Positions 24,461 through 36,343 of a stretch of DNA of 64,000 bases are shown piece after piece. Position 1 is the stretch's first letter. Every line of letters starts with the position of its first letter. Source of the DNA: Camelus dromedarius (lineage: Eukaryota). The stretch spans positions 41,974,001 through 42,038,000 of the forward strand of contig NC_087451.1 of the NCBI RefSeq assembly GCF_036321535.1, given 5' to 3'. The translations under genes and the position numbers were made by a program. The notes under the pieces were generated by a model. That model ran no database searches. It was given only the letters and a program-made list of their open reading frames with translations, and was not told the origin of the DNA.

Positions 24461-27400
24461 TGAGCTGGCAGGTTGGAAGGGAGGGATGGAGAAAGCTGCC
24501 CTTGCCCCCATAACTGGGAGTACCGGGCCCTGCTCTAGCATCTCGCCCTCCTGTAGTCTCCCCTGAGAGAAATCTTAGTTCTGGGGGCGACCTGAGCAGT
24601 CAATTGCCCCCCACAGATTTTTAAAAAATGTTTTATCTACCTATTATTTTATTCATTTTGGTAGCGGGGGAAGTAATTAGGTTTATTTTTAGAAGAGGTA
24701 GTGGGAATTGAACCCCAGACCTCGTGCATGCTAAGCATGCGCTCTACCACTGGAGCTATACCCTCTCCTAACCACCACAGATTCTTGAGAGGTTACTCTC
24801 AACAGCCAGTGTGTTACCTCCTAATGCTTCTGGAAGCTTAGGATTTCAGAGGGAAACTTGCCCGGGAAATGAGAAGTGTTTGGAGTTGCAACCTCACCGG
24901 AGTTGCCTGTGGCGAAGGGCTCGGGGAATATAAGGGAACGGGCAGTTCGTGACATTTCTTGCACGCACGTAGCGTGGGACCACCCTACAGCATTCTCTGT
25001 TCACAGTCTTCTCCCAGTTTGGACTTACGTATTCGGTCGGAGCCTCCCCAAATGTGGCGGTGGCCTGTCCTGGTTTCTATGCCATCATCGAGTTTTATTC
25101 AGCAAGGGATGCCCGCAGAGCCCAAAAGGCATGCGACCAGAAGCAGCTTTTCCAGAACTCTCCAGTGAAGGTGGGTCCAAATGTGGAATTCCTCGCTCCA
25201 CAGGGATGACATGATGAATTTAAAAATAATAGGCCAGCATTTATATAGCACTCTGGTTTACAGAATGCTTTCAGATTCATTGCTCCACTGATTCCCCCAG
25301 TTCCTCGTTTCTTTTCTTTTCTTTTTTTTAGATGAAGAAACTCAAACTCAGGCTGGTTAAGTGACTTATTTAAGGTTCATGACAAATGTGAAAGCTAGGC
25401 GTCAAACCCAAACTTACTGATGTTAAACCCCCATGTCATTTTATGCTGCCCCTTAATTTAAGAAATCTTGACAAGATTCTTGTTTATATTTACTTTTATG
25501 TGGATTTTAAATGTGTGAGCTTGACAAACTTTTGTCAGCTGTAACATCTGTAACACCATCATCATCACTCTCAAACTGCCTATTTAGAACTCTCCTTAGT
25601 TCCCAGAAAACGGTTAAAATATTTTTTCATGCATTGTAGAAACCTTATTCCATATTAATATGCCATCCAATTTTACTTCCTCAGAGCCCCAGAATTACAT
25701 TTCATTATGTGCCTCCATTCAGCCACCATTCCTTTTTCAAGGACCATTGAATATGTGAGTGAGGCTTAGATTTCCGAAACCTTTTTTTATATTTGTATGT
25801 CTTCATAAGCCTTCTCTGATTGACTTCTTGATCTAGTTACTTCCTACTGACCTTGCTGCCTCTTACTACCCACATTTCTTCCCTCACTGATTTTAACCTT
25901 GATTTAATTTGGGAACTCTCCTCAGATGTGACTCCAGGTACACTACCTCCCACTGCTGTACCCTGTTTAACCCTCTTCAATCCTGGTCCTGCTCCCTGTG
26001 ATTGAAACGATTCCCTGGCAGACATTCTTTAATTTGGAGTCTATGACCTGCCTGATTCTAGCCTGTGACCATTTCACATAGCCACTCAGATATTATAGAT
26101 GGTACTGGAAAGATTATGAAACAATTATTTGGTATCATTTCTGAGTAATGAGTTCTTTATCTTTCACTGGCCAGCAAGAACTGTGGCAAGATTATCCCAG
26201 GTGACAACTGTCTCTACTACCCAGGACCTCAGAGCCCTCTGAAGCGTCCTAATTGTCCAGAACAACTCCATTCAGGGGCTAGCTTCCATGAGACTCAACT
26301 TTTAAAAATCAGTCTTCATTTCTCCTTCCCAGCAGGCAACTTCAGTCGGAGAAAGTAATTTCATTTTCTTATTCACCCATTCCTTCATTCATTCACTTAA
26401 TCAACATACCATCAATCCCCTATTATGTCAAGACTATGCTTGTTTCTGGTAACCAGAAAACAATAAGGTATGGTTTTTTCAAGCACTTAAGGAGCTTATA
26501 AACTAGTGATGAAAGATGTACAAACAAATCAATAAAGAATAATGCTTTGGCGGGGTAAGCGGTGGTTCGGCGCAGGGCTCTCTCTGAGCGCACGGACTCA
26601 GGCACCTGGTCTATCTGCCCACTTGGGGCGGAGGTCGACTCAGCGCTTAGCCGCGGGCCCCAGACCCCGAAAGGCGGACGTGGTGCCGTCAGTTGAGGCG
26701 ACTGGGCCAGAGTGGTTACCCGCGGGAGCTACGAGGGAGGGAGGGAGCGAGCCAGCGTCGGGGAGGGGAGGGGGCCGCCCCTGCTCACCCGCCCCGTCCC
26801 GCCCCGCCCACCCTTCTCCGCTTGGGAGGAGGGAGGGGGCGGAGCCAATGGCGACAGTGCGGCGCGCCCCGCTCGCTGTGACCTGCTCCCGCCCCTGGGC
26901 GGCGGGAGGCTGGTGGTGCTGTGTCAGGCGCGCCCGGCAGAGACCCCCGGCTTGGGGAGGCCCGAGGTGGGGCGGGGCATGTGGCGGCGGCCTCCAGCTA
27001 CCCCTGGGCCAGAGGAGAGACTGCTGACTAGCGGGCGGCAGGCAGAACGGCGGCGGCCGGTGAAGAAGGGCGAGCCGCCGTCAGGCCCCGTCCCTGGCCC
27101 TTCCCCGCCTCCTCGCCGCCATTCCCCCCCCCCCCCCCCCCGCGGGTGACCATGTACTCAGCCCACAGGCCCCTGGTGCCCGGGTTCAGCGCGGCCTCTT
27201 CATGTTCCGTCAATACCGCATGGGTTCTGGGACTGCCCGGGTCAAGGGTTTGGGGTACGGAGTGCGGAGTAACGTTTATGGGGTATAGTAAGAGAATGGT
27301 GGAGGCAGAATAAAGGGAAAAAGTTACAGAGCTTGACTGGGCCAAGTGGTTAGTGATGGCAGGTGGGAGTGTAGCGGAATAATGGGAGTGCGGAGTGGGG

Positions 27401-30400
27401 AGTAACTGGGGACAGGTGTGGGGTGGAACAGGTCTGTTGCCATTGGAGGTGAGGGGTGCAGAGTAGCTGGCTTCGTTGCATTAATTATAATAGGGTGAGA
27501 CCCGCTGGTGTGGAATAGAGAGGGAGAAGGGGCTGGGGCTGTGATTGAGTAGTGGGACTAAGGACAGGTCTTGAGAAGAGAGCGAGGCACTGTTTGCTTA
27601 GATCAGAGTGCTGTGTTTGTGGTGTGCTTTACAGAGAGAGGGAGAGACCCAGGAACCTGGAGGGTAGTGCACTTGTAATAGAGGAGAACAAATGTGACTA
27701 TTGGATCTGTTCCTTTAGCTCTAACCACTGTGCCCTGCTTTCTAGGTTTATTGTTAGCTCCTCACCTTTTGTAAATGAATGTTACCTGTAGCCTGTCTGG
27801 TAAACAGGAGAGCCTTTTCTCAAGGCTCTGATCTTTCAGGATATTAACACTTCTGCACTTATATAAAGATAACAAGTTGCAGAATAGAAAGTAACCTTTG
27901 TTTTCTTGGAGGTTTTGCAGGACCTGGCCCACGTGCACAGCTGCAGGAACAAAGAATTCCTACAGCAAGAAGTTGCAACAACCAACCCCCCCCCCTTTTA
28001 ATTTATAAAAGGAGACTGTATTCTGACTGGAGGAGGATGGTTCTCCAAGACATTAGTCTGCCATCCTCTTAGCCGGCTTTCCGAATGAAGTCACTATTCC
28101 TTGCCCCAGTACCTCGTCTCCTAATTTATTGGCTTCTGCGGCAGCAGAACTAGTTGGGACTCGGTAACACACTGGGGAGGAGTTCAGAAGGGGCAGGACC
28201 AAAGTCTTGTTCCCGCATTGTCTGCTGGGCCCCTCCTTCCCCACCCAGCGGAAGATGGGGAGGCCCTGATGAGAAAGGTCTTTGTGAAGAGGGGCAGGTC
28301 CAGGTCTCCAGAGGCTGTTACGGTTTTGGAGGGCCCAGCAGGCTTCTGGGGCTCCAGTGCCCTAGTGGTAGGGGATGGGGTTGTCTTAGTGACTTGAGTC
28401 CCTTCCAGTGTTGTGTTGTTCCTCTTCTGTTGCCTCGATGTCTACTTTTTCTTTTGTCAGCACGTCACAGTGTCAGGTCTTGAGGCCAGTGCCTCACACA
28501 GGGGCTGCCCTAGGCCAGTCTTCTGAAGGCATGGGCGGGGGTGGGGTGGGGAGGCTCAGCCCAGGTCAGATTGATCTAGATCAGGGGGAAGCATGGAATG
28601 ATGGGGTCCAGGGCTAGGGCGGCTCCCTTCTCTCTTCTTGGTCTTCCCCTAGCAGGGGCCTCCTCTGCTGGTTCCACTTCCCCCAGGGAGCCAGCAGTGA
28701 GAATGACGCCCACTCCCAGCCTGGGCCAGCCCCAGGAGTCCAGCCAGGGGTGGGACCCAGCATAAGGCTGTCTCTCCTACCACCTAGCTCCTGGAGCAGG
28801 AGATTGGACCACTAGGACTGGTCCCCTGGTGAGGGAAGAACCGTCCTGTGTGTATACTCAAGGAAACACCTGGCACTGTTTCTTCCCTGGGCAGAGACTT
28901 GTAATGATTTTCTTGTCTGCCCCTTCATCTGTGCCCCTTTTTTTGAAGGAGTTGACCGCATCCTCCCATCTTTTGGGCAAGGAGGCTGGATGAAAAAAAG
29001 AAAAAAGAATAATGCTTTGACTTTATTTGTATTACTTAAATTTTTATGAATATGTTTCTATACTACATCCTATCTAAAAATTGAAATAGAGATATAAGAA
29101 AAAACTAGCAATGTAAGAGATCCACAGTAATGTGTAAGTTATTCAGAGAGTTAACTTGAGATATTTGCACTCTCAAAGAAGAGTCTAATCTAACGCAGAT
29201 GATGCTGAAAGAATGCTAATTCTTTTAGTTTATGAAATGTATAGAGGTATGTGTGTTCCTTCTCACAGGGGTTAGTAACTTGGGGAGTGGGGCTGCTACA
29301 GATTCAGGTCCTACTTCAGTGGCAGGTCCACTTATCTCTTCTTCAGATCATATTCTCAAGCAGGAGCTACAGGATGACACAACTAAAACAATTTACTTCC
29401 TTTGTGTACCCACAAGCCTGTAATAGGCTTCTGCAGGACTTCCTTGGTTCCTTTCATCATCACCTTCACCACCAGAGATCAGGGAAAGCTTCTGATTAAT
29501 CAGGGGCCATGGAAGTGATACAGAAAAGTATTGATTTAAAAGTAATAACATTTATTTAGGGCTTCCTAGGAACTCATTGCTTAAAATGTGGTCCTATTTA
29601 ATCTTCACAACCACTCTTATGAAATTGGTATTAGTAAATCTCAGGTGTATCCAAAATAAATCTCTGTGTCAAGCTGTAATATTTTTAGGCTTCTTATGTC
29701 TTTAGGTTCGTCTGGGCACCAGACATAAGATGTTTCAACCTAATGCCCTTGCCCTAAGCAGCTCCAGATGCCAAGAATTGGCCAATTACTACTTTGGATT
29801 CAATGGGTGGTCAAAAAGGATCATAAAGGTAAAGTGTAGATTTTCTTTGACTAACCAGACTCCTTTCAACATTGAAATCCTAGACTTCAGAGAGAAGACT
29901 AGAACTGGGTTGTGGGGAGATGTGAGAGACCTCCAAGTGGAAGTGTCTGAGCATTGCCCTGCCACTTAGAATTGATGATAATCTCAATGACTTGGTGGTG
30001 GTGTTCCTAATTTTCTCCAGTAGTTGTATGATATATAATAGAAAATAGTTGTCCATATCTAGTAATTCATTTGCAAGTCTTCCTTGATTTTGAAGCAACA
30101 GGACACCTCAACTATTAACTGGGCTTGGTGAAGTTTAGATTTTACTTCTAATAACAAAAAATTTTGAAGTCTTGCCTTTAATTTGAAGTCCTGGGTAGGG
30201 GTGTAACTCAATGGTAGAGCATGTGCTCAGCGTGCATGAGGTCCCAGGTTCAATCCCCAGTACGTCCATTAAAAAAAAAACAGAAAAACTCATCACCAAA
30301 ATTCTACCAGCTTCAGGATCTTTCTGACCTTGAAGAAAGGGAAAATGAAGGTATTGTGGCACAACATCAGAAGCAAAGCCTGAAGTTCTGTGCTTTAGAG

Positions 30401-33400
30401 GTGATGTTAACATCCTATGAAGCCAGGAGTCCTGGAGCTGGCATCACCGAGGAACCCTTGGACAAGCTGGAGGAAGGTCTGTTTTCCAGTGTGTGGTGGG
30501 TAGTGAGGGGGTGGGATTTCTCCTTTTTCCTTTCTTTCTAAAACTTTTTTTTTTTCAGATACATCATCACTCTCGCTAAGCAACTAAAACCCTGGGCAGA
30601 GTTTTTCTGCCTTGTGATACAGATTCTTATCTTAGGCGATGCCTGACAGAACCTTTAACTTTAAAATTTTAGAGCTGATTGCCTGTCAAGAAGTTTAGGA
30701 GGAGGGAAAAATTCTTTTTTTCCATTTTTGGTTAATAATTTGTTTTGTGCTAAAATAATCCTTTCCAATACAGATTTCTTGTAGCCTTCAGTTATCCCAA
30801 CAAAATAATCATCTAAAGATTTAAACTCTTGTGTAAATGTTCAGTCCTTTGCCTCCTATACAAGGACTTGAGTGGATAAAGTCAAATGTAGATCCCTAGA
30901 AGGGTTTTTCCAGCTGGTACTGAGTTTTTTCCTAGAACCCATGGCAGTTGCAGTTAGGGTTTTAAGTCAGAGGCAGGTCTGTTAGTTAATGGAGTGGAGG
31001 AGTGCTGGGAAACAAAATGCTGGAAAACAAGCTGCTGGACAACAAACAGCTAGAAAAGAAGCGACTCCTAAATCTCCATAAGCTTAAAATATTATATTCA
31101 CACTTGCTTGCTTAAAATGCACATGCTTGCTTTGTTTTAATGTTTTGTGCAGTAGATGACCTATAGCACGTATTATGCTAAGGAAAATTTGTGGTGAGCA
31201 ATCCTGACGTTGACCATAAGGGCACGAAGGAGGGCAGCTATTTCCTTAGGGTGAAACAATGGACAGTCTTGGAAAGCCAGATCATCCATTAACAGAACTT
31301 TGTTCTGGCATGAAAGCATGCTGTTGAACCCAGGGGAAGTATCTGCTATCTTGAAATGTCCTGGAGGCAATGACAGGATTGACTCAGAAATTTTGCATAC
31401 CCATAGGAGGGGGGTGATTGTTCCTGGAAGGGATGGGCCTCAAATTAATCAGTTAACCAGCAAGCAGAACTTAGTGCTTATCGCATGAAATATCCAAAGC
31501 CCCACATCTTTGATCACATTTTTTTCTGAGCTGTATACTCCTAATTAATATGATGCTGACCAGGCTTTCGGCACTCCAGATCCACGAGATGTTGAGTCCC
31601 CTGGTCCCATCTTTGTTCTTTACTTTGTCTCTTTGTTTCTTAAGTCTTTCATCGCCTGTCCTCAAACATGATCCCGAGCTGCACTGGACACAGCAGAGGA
31701 GGCTCCACCATCCACCTGAGTGGCTGATGCTCTGGGAGGGGCTAGATCATCTGCACTACCACCAACTCTGTTTCATTGTGTGTTTCCAGCCGTTTAAGCA
31801 CAGGAGAGCAGGAGTGTAGCTTCAGCTTGTCCATTTGAAATCTGTATGATGTGAGATTTGTGCCACATTCTTGGCTTGCATCTCCCGTCTAGTACTTCAG
31901 GAACTTCCAGAATTGATCTGGGCAGTAAAAATGTGCCCTGCCAGGATATGTCTATAACAGAGCCATTCGACCACACGCTTGTGTTGTGCCTACCTTTAGT
32001 TGCTCTGAGAATGATCTAAGAATTACAGGTGCATTTTTCTTTTTAAATGTATAACATAAAAATCAGTTATTCAGATAGGCATTTTAAATCAATTTGTTTT
32101 TCTTGGATTTAGGGCCATTATCATTACTTATGAAAAGGAAAATAACCCAGAAGCTTGCTATTCAAAGGCTATGACAGATGCATTCCAGAAACTGCTGATT
32201 GTGGTTTTAGGTAAGACTTTATTCTTTTCTTTTTTTTTTTTTTTTTTGAGGGAGGAGATAATTGGGTTTATTCATTTATATACTTGTTTTTAGAGGAGGT
32301 GCTGGGGGTTGAATCCAGGACCTCATGCTTGCTAAGCATGTGCTCTGCCACTTGAGCTATACCCTGCCCACTCTAAGACTTTCTCGGTTGTCCTTGAAGT
32401 GCTAAAAAATAATGGTCACCTAAAACACTATATATTCTTTCAGTCACTAAATTCTTTCACAGCGGCGGTCTCAAATTTGTTCTCTGGGGCATTTCTGAGA
32501 AGAATGACAGCAAGTATTACTGTGTCCAGCGTGCAGATGCAGACCGCCTTGTCCCACTTCACACAGAGAGTGCTCCATCCAGCTCTTCTTTCTCGATCGC
32601 TCGCTTATACAGGTTGGTAGAGTGATTATAAGCCTTGGACACATGTGTTTGAGTCCTAACTCTGTCTCTTAGGGTTTTTTAAATGCAATTTTAGGTTTTC
32701 TAGCCAGAGAGCTTTGGAGGTATTTATTATCTCTAAGCTGCATTATCGTTTTCTGCAAAATATGGTTAGTCATTCAGCTCATCTCATGGGGGATCGTGTA
32801 AGAGTAATGAGATGGTGAATGTAAAAAGCTTAGAACTGTGCCTGGAACATGGTAAGCAGACAAAATATGTTGGCTGTTATTATTATTGTTGTTTCCCTGT
32901 TGCAGAGTTTTAGATTTAGTATTAGATTATGTTTTTGGAGTCAATTCAGTTTGTTTTCTTTTCTCATGTGTTGTGTGAATATGATTCTTATAATAAATTA
33001 GCTACGTTTTTGTGAGCCTTGAAAGTGGTCATGCTGTTAAATGGCATCGATTGTGTTCCCTACTGAGTTACACAGTGGTGAGAACGTCACAGGCTCCGCC
33101 CAAAGGAAACTTTATGATTGTTTATTCCAGGAGCAGAGTCATTCCCCTGCTTCACAGCCCTGCAGACTGAGAGACTGAGAAAGCCTAGTGAAGTTCTCAG
33201 AGACCTTACTTGCTTATTAAGAGTTGACCGTGGATTGGTCTCAGCCTCCCAGTGCAGGCAGTCCTTCCTGTGAAGGTTGACTTCCCTGGTCACCAGGCAG
33301 AATCCCCATCAGCTGTCAACTTTTGATTAACAACCTTTAAGAACCAAACTAAATGTCTGGGTTGTTTACCTGTTCCTAACATGCTGAAGGTATTCCTTAC

Positions 33401-36091
33401 TTGCACTCACAACTCCTTAGACCAGAAAGCCTCGTGACTCTAGTTTGCCTTGAGGGAAGTTGTATTGCCCAAAAGGTACATCGGCCAGTTTCTGCCAGCA
33501 GTGTTCAAATGCTTGCTCTCTCTCTCTCTCTCTCATTCTCTCTCCCTTTCTCTCTCTCTCACCCCAAAGCTTTGTTCGTTGTATCTGGTGGAATTTTGGT
33601 CCCAAGGAGCAGACAGTAGCCTTGTTTCTAATATGAAGTATCTGTTATAGTCCGATGGTGTCCATCCCAGGTTTGAACTCACTTTGACCCCCACCTAATG
33701 CCTTACTGTTTAATCATATTATGATTGAACATTTTTGTTTCTGACAGCTTTTACTTCCTGTGTCATTATTTCTCAGTTCTTATTTCTAAGACCATAAAGT
33801 TTTTTGAAGCAAGCAAAGTTGGTACTTCTTATATACATTTTCACAAATAGTTGTGATAAATACTGAAGTGTCAGTTGAGGGAACTGCTAGGAAAATGCTC
33901 TTATTTTCTGCTTTTAGAAATCAAAAGAATGTCTAATTATTGGGTGCTACCGTTGTATACAGAAAGTTTTAGAACAAGAAAAGTTCTGAACTGACCCTTG
34001 TTAACTGTATTTCAGAAAACAGTAAAATGGCTGTGGTGTACAGACCCTGTGAAGAGGTCACAGGTGCTAGGACTGAAGAGGAAGTACGGGATTTAATTCA
34101 AGTATGTGGAGATAAAAACTCGAGGGGCACCCAGCCAATGTCGCCGTAATTCAAAACAACCAGCAGGATTTAGAAGACTTTGGCTTGTCCACTCAGCTCT
34201 GTCATCCTTAGGGAAATGTGAAACTCTGAAACTGCTTTTGAGGCAGGGGATTTCTGGGGCTTTTCCTGAAGTCCTGACCCTTGGCTCTGACCCTTTATTT
34301 GCAATTTGGAGAGCAGGACTGAGGGCCATCAGCGTGCTTCTGCAGTTGTGGACACAGGAGAAGACACAGGCCTTTTAAAACTCCCCTCAAGCAGAATCCC
34401 AGGCATTTAGGAACCAAGTAACTATGGCCTTAGGTTGGATTATGCTGCAGCGTTTGAAAACTATGAATGCCTTTCAAATAAGGTGTGTTGTTACTCAGAA
34501 CTCAGCATCTCATATATATCTTATGTGAAATATTTTGCTGAAAAACCTTTCTGTAAATCAATTATATGGATGTCCTGAATTAGAGATTAAGTTGTCAAAG
34601 TAATTTCTAAAAGAAAATATTAATGAACTGCATGTAAGATTTTTTTAATGAGTAAAAATGTGTTTCGTGTCATTAAGAACTTAATGTGCAGCTAGATTTC
34701 TTTTCTAATTATGTAACTCTCCCCAGCGTTGTCAAGTTTGTTATGAAGAGAAGAAAGCAGAGAAAGAAAAGATGGTTATGTTCAATGTTCTGAAAAAGTA
34801 TTTGAAGTTTTTTCTGCACAAGATATTTTAATTCAATTTATACCAAATTATTTTAAATTCAGTTTAAGTGAGGGACACTTCAGTCATATCCATGTTTGGG
34901 CTTTAAAAAGTCTAGCTTCTTGTGAAATGTGAGAGGAAGGGATTCAGTATCGATGCTAAAGTTTTCAGAAAGCCGATTATAACAACAGACCCATTCCTCA
35001 CTGGCCAATCTTGGAATCAATTCCATTTAAAAACCGTTAAGTGCTTGACACTGGGAATAAGATGAAGCTCCTTCTCCATGGAGTTTAGTGGCCAGAGGGT
35101 GTGCCAGATAATTAAAAAGGACTAAAATTAAAGAGATTATAAGGGCTGTGAAGGAAGTAAACTGGGTGCTAGTTGCAGTATTTCAAGAAAATTATTTGAC
35201 ATGCTGACTTCATTGAGAGGGAGGAGGTAATTAGGTTTTTATTCATTTACATATATTCTGTTTCTTAAAAATATAATTTTATTGAAGTATAGTCAGTTTA
35301 CAATGTGTCAATTCCTGGTGTACAGCACAATACTTCAGTCATATAGGAACATACATATATTTGGTTTTCATATTCTTTTTAACCATAAGTTATTAGAAGA
35401 CACTGAATATAGATCCTTGTACTATACAATATAAACTTGTTTATCTATTTTGTACATAGTAGTTAGTATCTGCAAATCTCCAACTCCCAACTTATCCCTT
35501 CCCACCACCTCCCCCAGTTTATTTTTAATGGAGGTACTGGGGATTGAACCCAGGACCTTGTGCTTGCCAGGTATGCACTCTAACCACGGAGCTATCCCTC
35601 CCCTCAACATGCTGACTTTAACATCCTAGGTGTCTTCTGTGTGTGTGTGTGTGTGCACACAGGGTAGACCTCTGAAAAGTGGCATTGTAATTTTTTCTAG
35701 ACTAACGGCTGTGCTGAGACAAGGTGAGATGGCGAAATTTTCCAGTGCTAATGTTAAGGGCTGTTCACTTGGTTTCCAACTCTTTCCCAGAATGAATTGC
35801 TCACCCGCTCCAAAACCCTTCCTGTAGAAATTTTGGAGTCATCACTGATTCAGTGGTAACCCCTAATAATAGAGTGGTGAATTTTATAATCAGACATGGA
35901 TCCTGAGAGTTTAGAGGACATGACAACACTTTAGAATAACTGTAAATTGTATTCCCCTCCCACTGCCCTAACTGGTACTCATTTTGTAGGTCAGTTACTT
36001 TTCTTGGAAGCAGTGTGGCCAAGGGAAGGAAGAATGTCTCTCAGATTTCAGTTTTGAGGAGGAGGAGTTCAGAAGGCCGGAACTGGACTAG
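24364..36091 (+). CDS. RDM1: RAD52 motif-containing protein 1; exons 24364..24459, 24991..25170, 29706..29828, 30311..30476, 32113..32210, 34016..34101, 35990..36091. Exon 5 is 1 nt short as read, giving a premature TGA at 32172-32174
   Basis: Exons translate as MAEMVPFAVPTESDKTLLVWELSSGPTTQALQ / HSLFTVFSQFG...PGFYAIIEF...SPVK / VRLGTRHK...CQELANYYFGFNGWSKRIIK / LQDLSDLEERENE... / GPLSLLMKRK... / ENSKMAVVYRP... / VSYFSWKQ...RRPELD*. All splice sites are GT-AG. Confidence 0.92.
24620..24774 (-). mobile_element. Vic-1-type SINE in RDM1 intron 1
   Basis: Reverse tRNA-like head; TSD CCACAGATT. Confidence 0.85.
26550..27260 (+). promoter_or_regulatory. Intronic CpG island carried by the CIC-derived insert
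   Basis: High CpG density, several GC boxes, GGGCGGAGCCAAT (GC box plus CCAAT) near 26836-26849, C18 run at 27124-27141. Confidence 0.8.
27674..28169 (+). mobile_element. Solo LTR, ERV1-like (copy 2), nested in the CIC-derived insert
   Basis: TGTAATAGAGG...GGTAACA with 4-bp TSD CACT (27670-27673, 28170-28173). Confidence 0.9.
30193..30280 (+). mobile_element. Vic-1-type SINE
   Basis: GTAACTCAATGGTAGAGC...GGTTCAATCCCCAG plus A-tail, ending about 30 nt before RDM1 exon 4. Confidence 0.85.
32225..32370 (-). mobile_element. Vic-1-type SINE
   Basis: Poly-T followed by the reverse SINE body, just after RDM1 exon 5. Confidence 0.85.
35215..35605 (-). mobile_element. Vic-1-type SINE interrupted by an L1-like 3'-end fragment (about 35265-35516)
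   Basis: SINE tail half at 35215-35260 and head half at 35517-35605, separated by a TTTATTGAAGTATAG... L1 3'-UTR-like sequence. Confidence 0.7.
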
Positions 36092-36337
36092 CACTTTTGA
36101 ATTTCCCCGAAGGCCAGGCCCTGTGACTTCCTTGGGAAGCTCTGCACCATCACCCCCACCCCTGCACTGCTGGAGTCCGGGGCCACTCTGGTCTGCAGCC
36201 CAAATCCTGCCTCGTTGTGCTGGGGGCCAGGCCGGGGTTGGAGAGAGGGCCCGGCTGGAGGTGTCAACTTTGCTGGGGGAAGGATGGCCTGGGCCCTGGG
36301 AAAAAGACTGACTCAGATTGGATCTCCACCCTGACCT

Positions 36338-36343
36338 AATAAA
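36338..36343 (+). terminator. RDM1 polyadenylation signal AATAAA
   Basis: AATAAA about 250 nt after the RDM1 stop codon. Confidence 0.6.

Larger units (their letters stand above)
26550..29003 (+). pseudogene. CIC: Retroposed unspliced CIC (capicua short isoform) fragment: promoter CpG island, exon 1 and part of intron 1, inside RDM1 intron 2
   Basis: ATG at 27152 reads [16 protein letters not shown], matching the CIC-S N-terminus as I recall it ([16 protein letters not shown]). Flanked by the 16-bp direct repeat AAAGAATAATGCTTTG (26534-26549, 29004-29019) with an A-rich tail at 28993-29003. Confidence 0.85.

Noticed and set aside
26542-27149. Long GC-rich ORFs (161 aa and 145 aa) in the intronic island
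   Set aside because: Expected from stop-poor GC-rich DNA; low complexity and no recognisable family. Only the ATG at 27152 matches a known protein.
31173-31500. Non-repetitive-looking ORFs in RDM1 intron 4
   Set aside because: No recognisable protein, TSD or poly-A; probably ancient decayed repeat.
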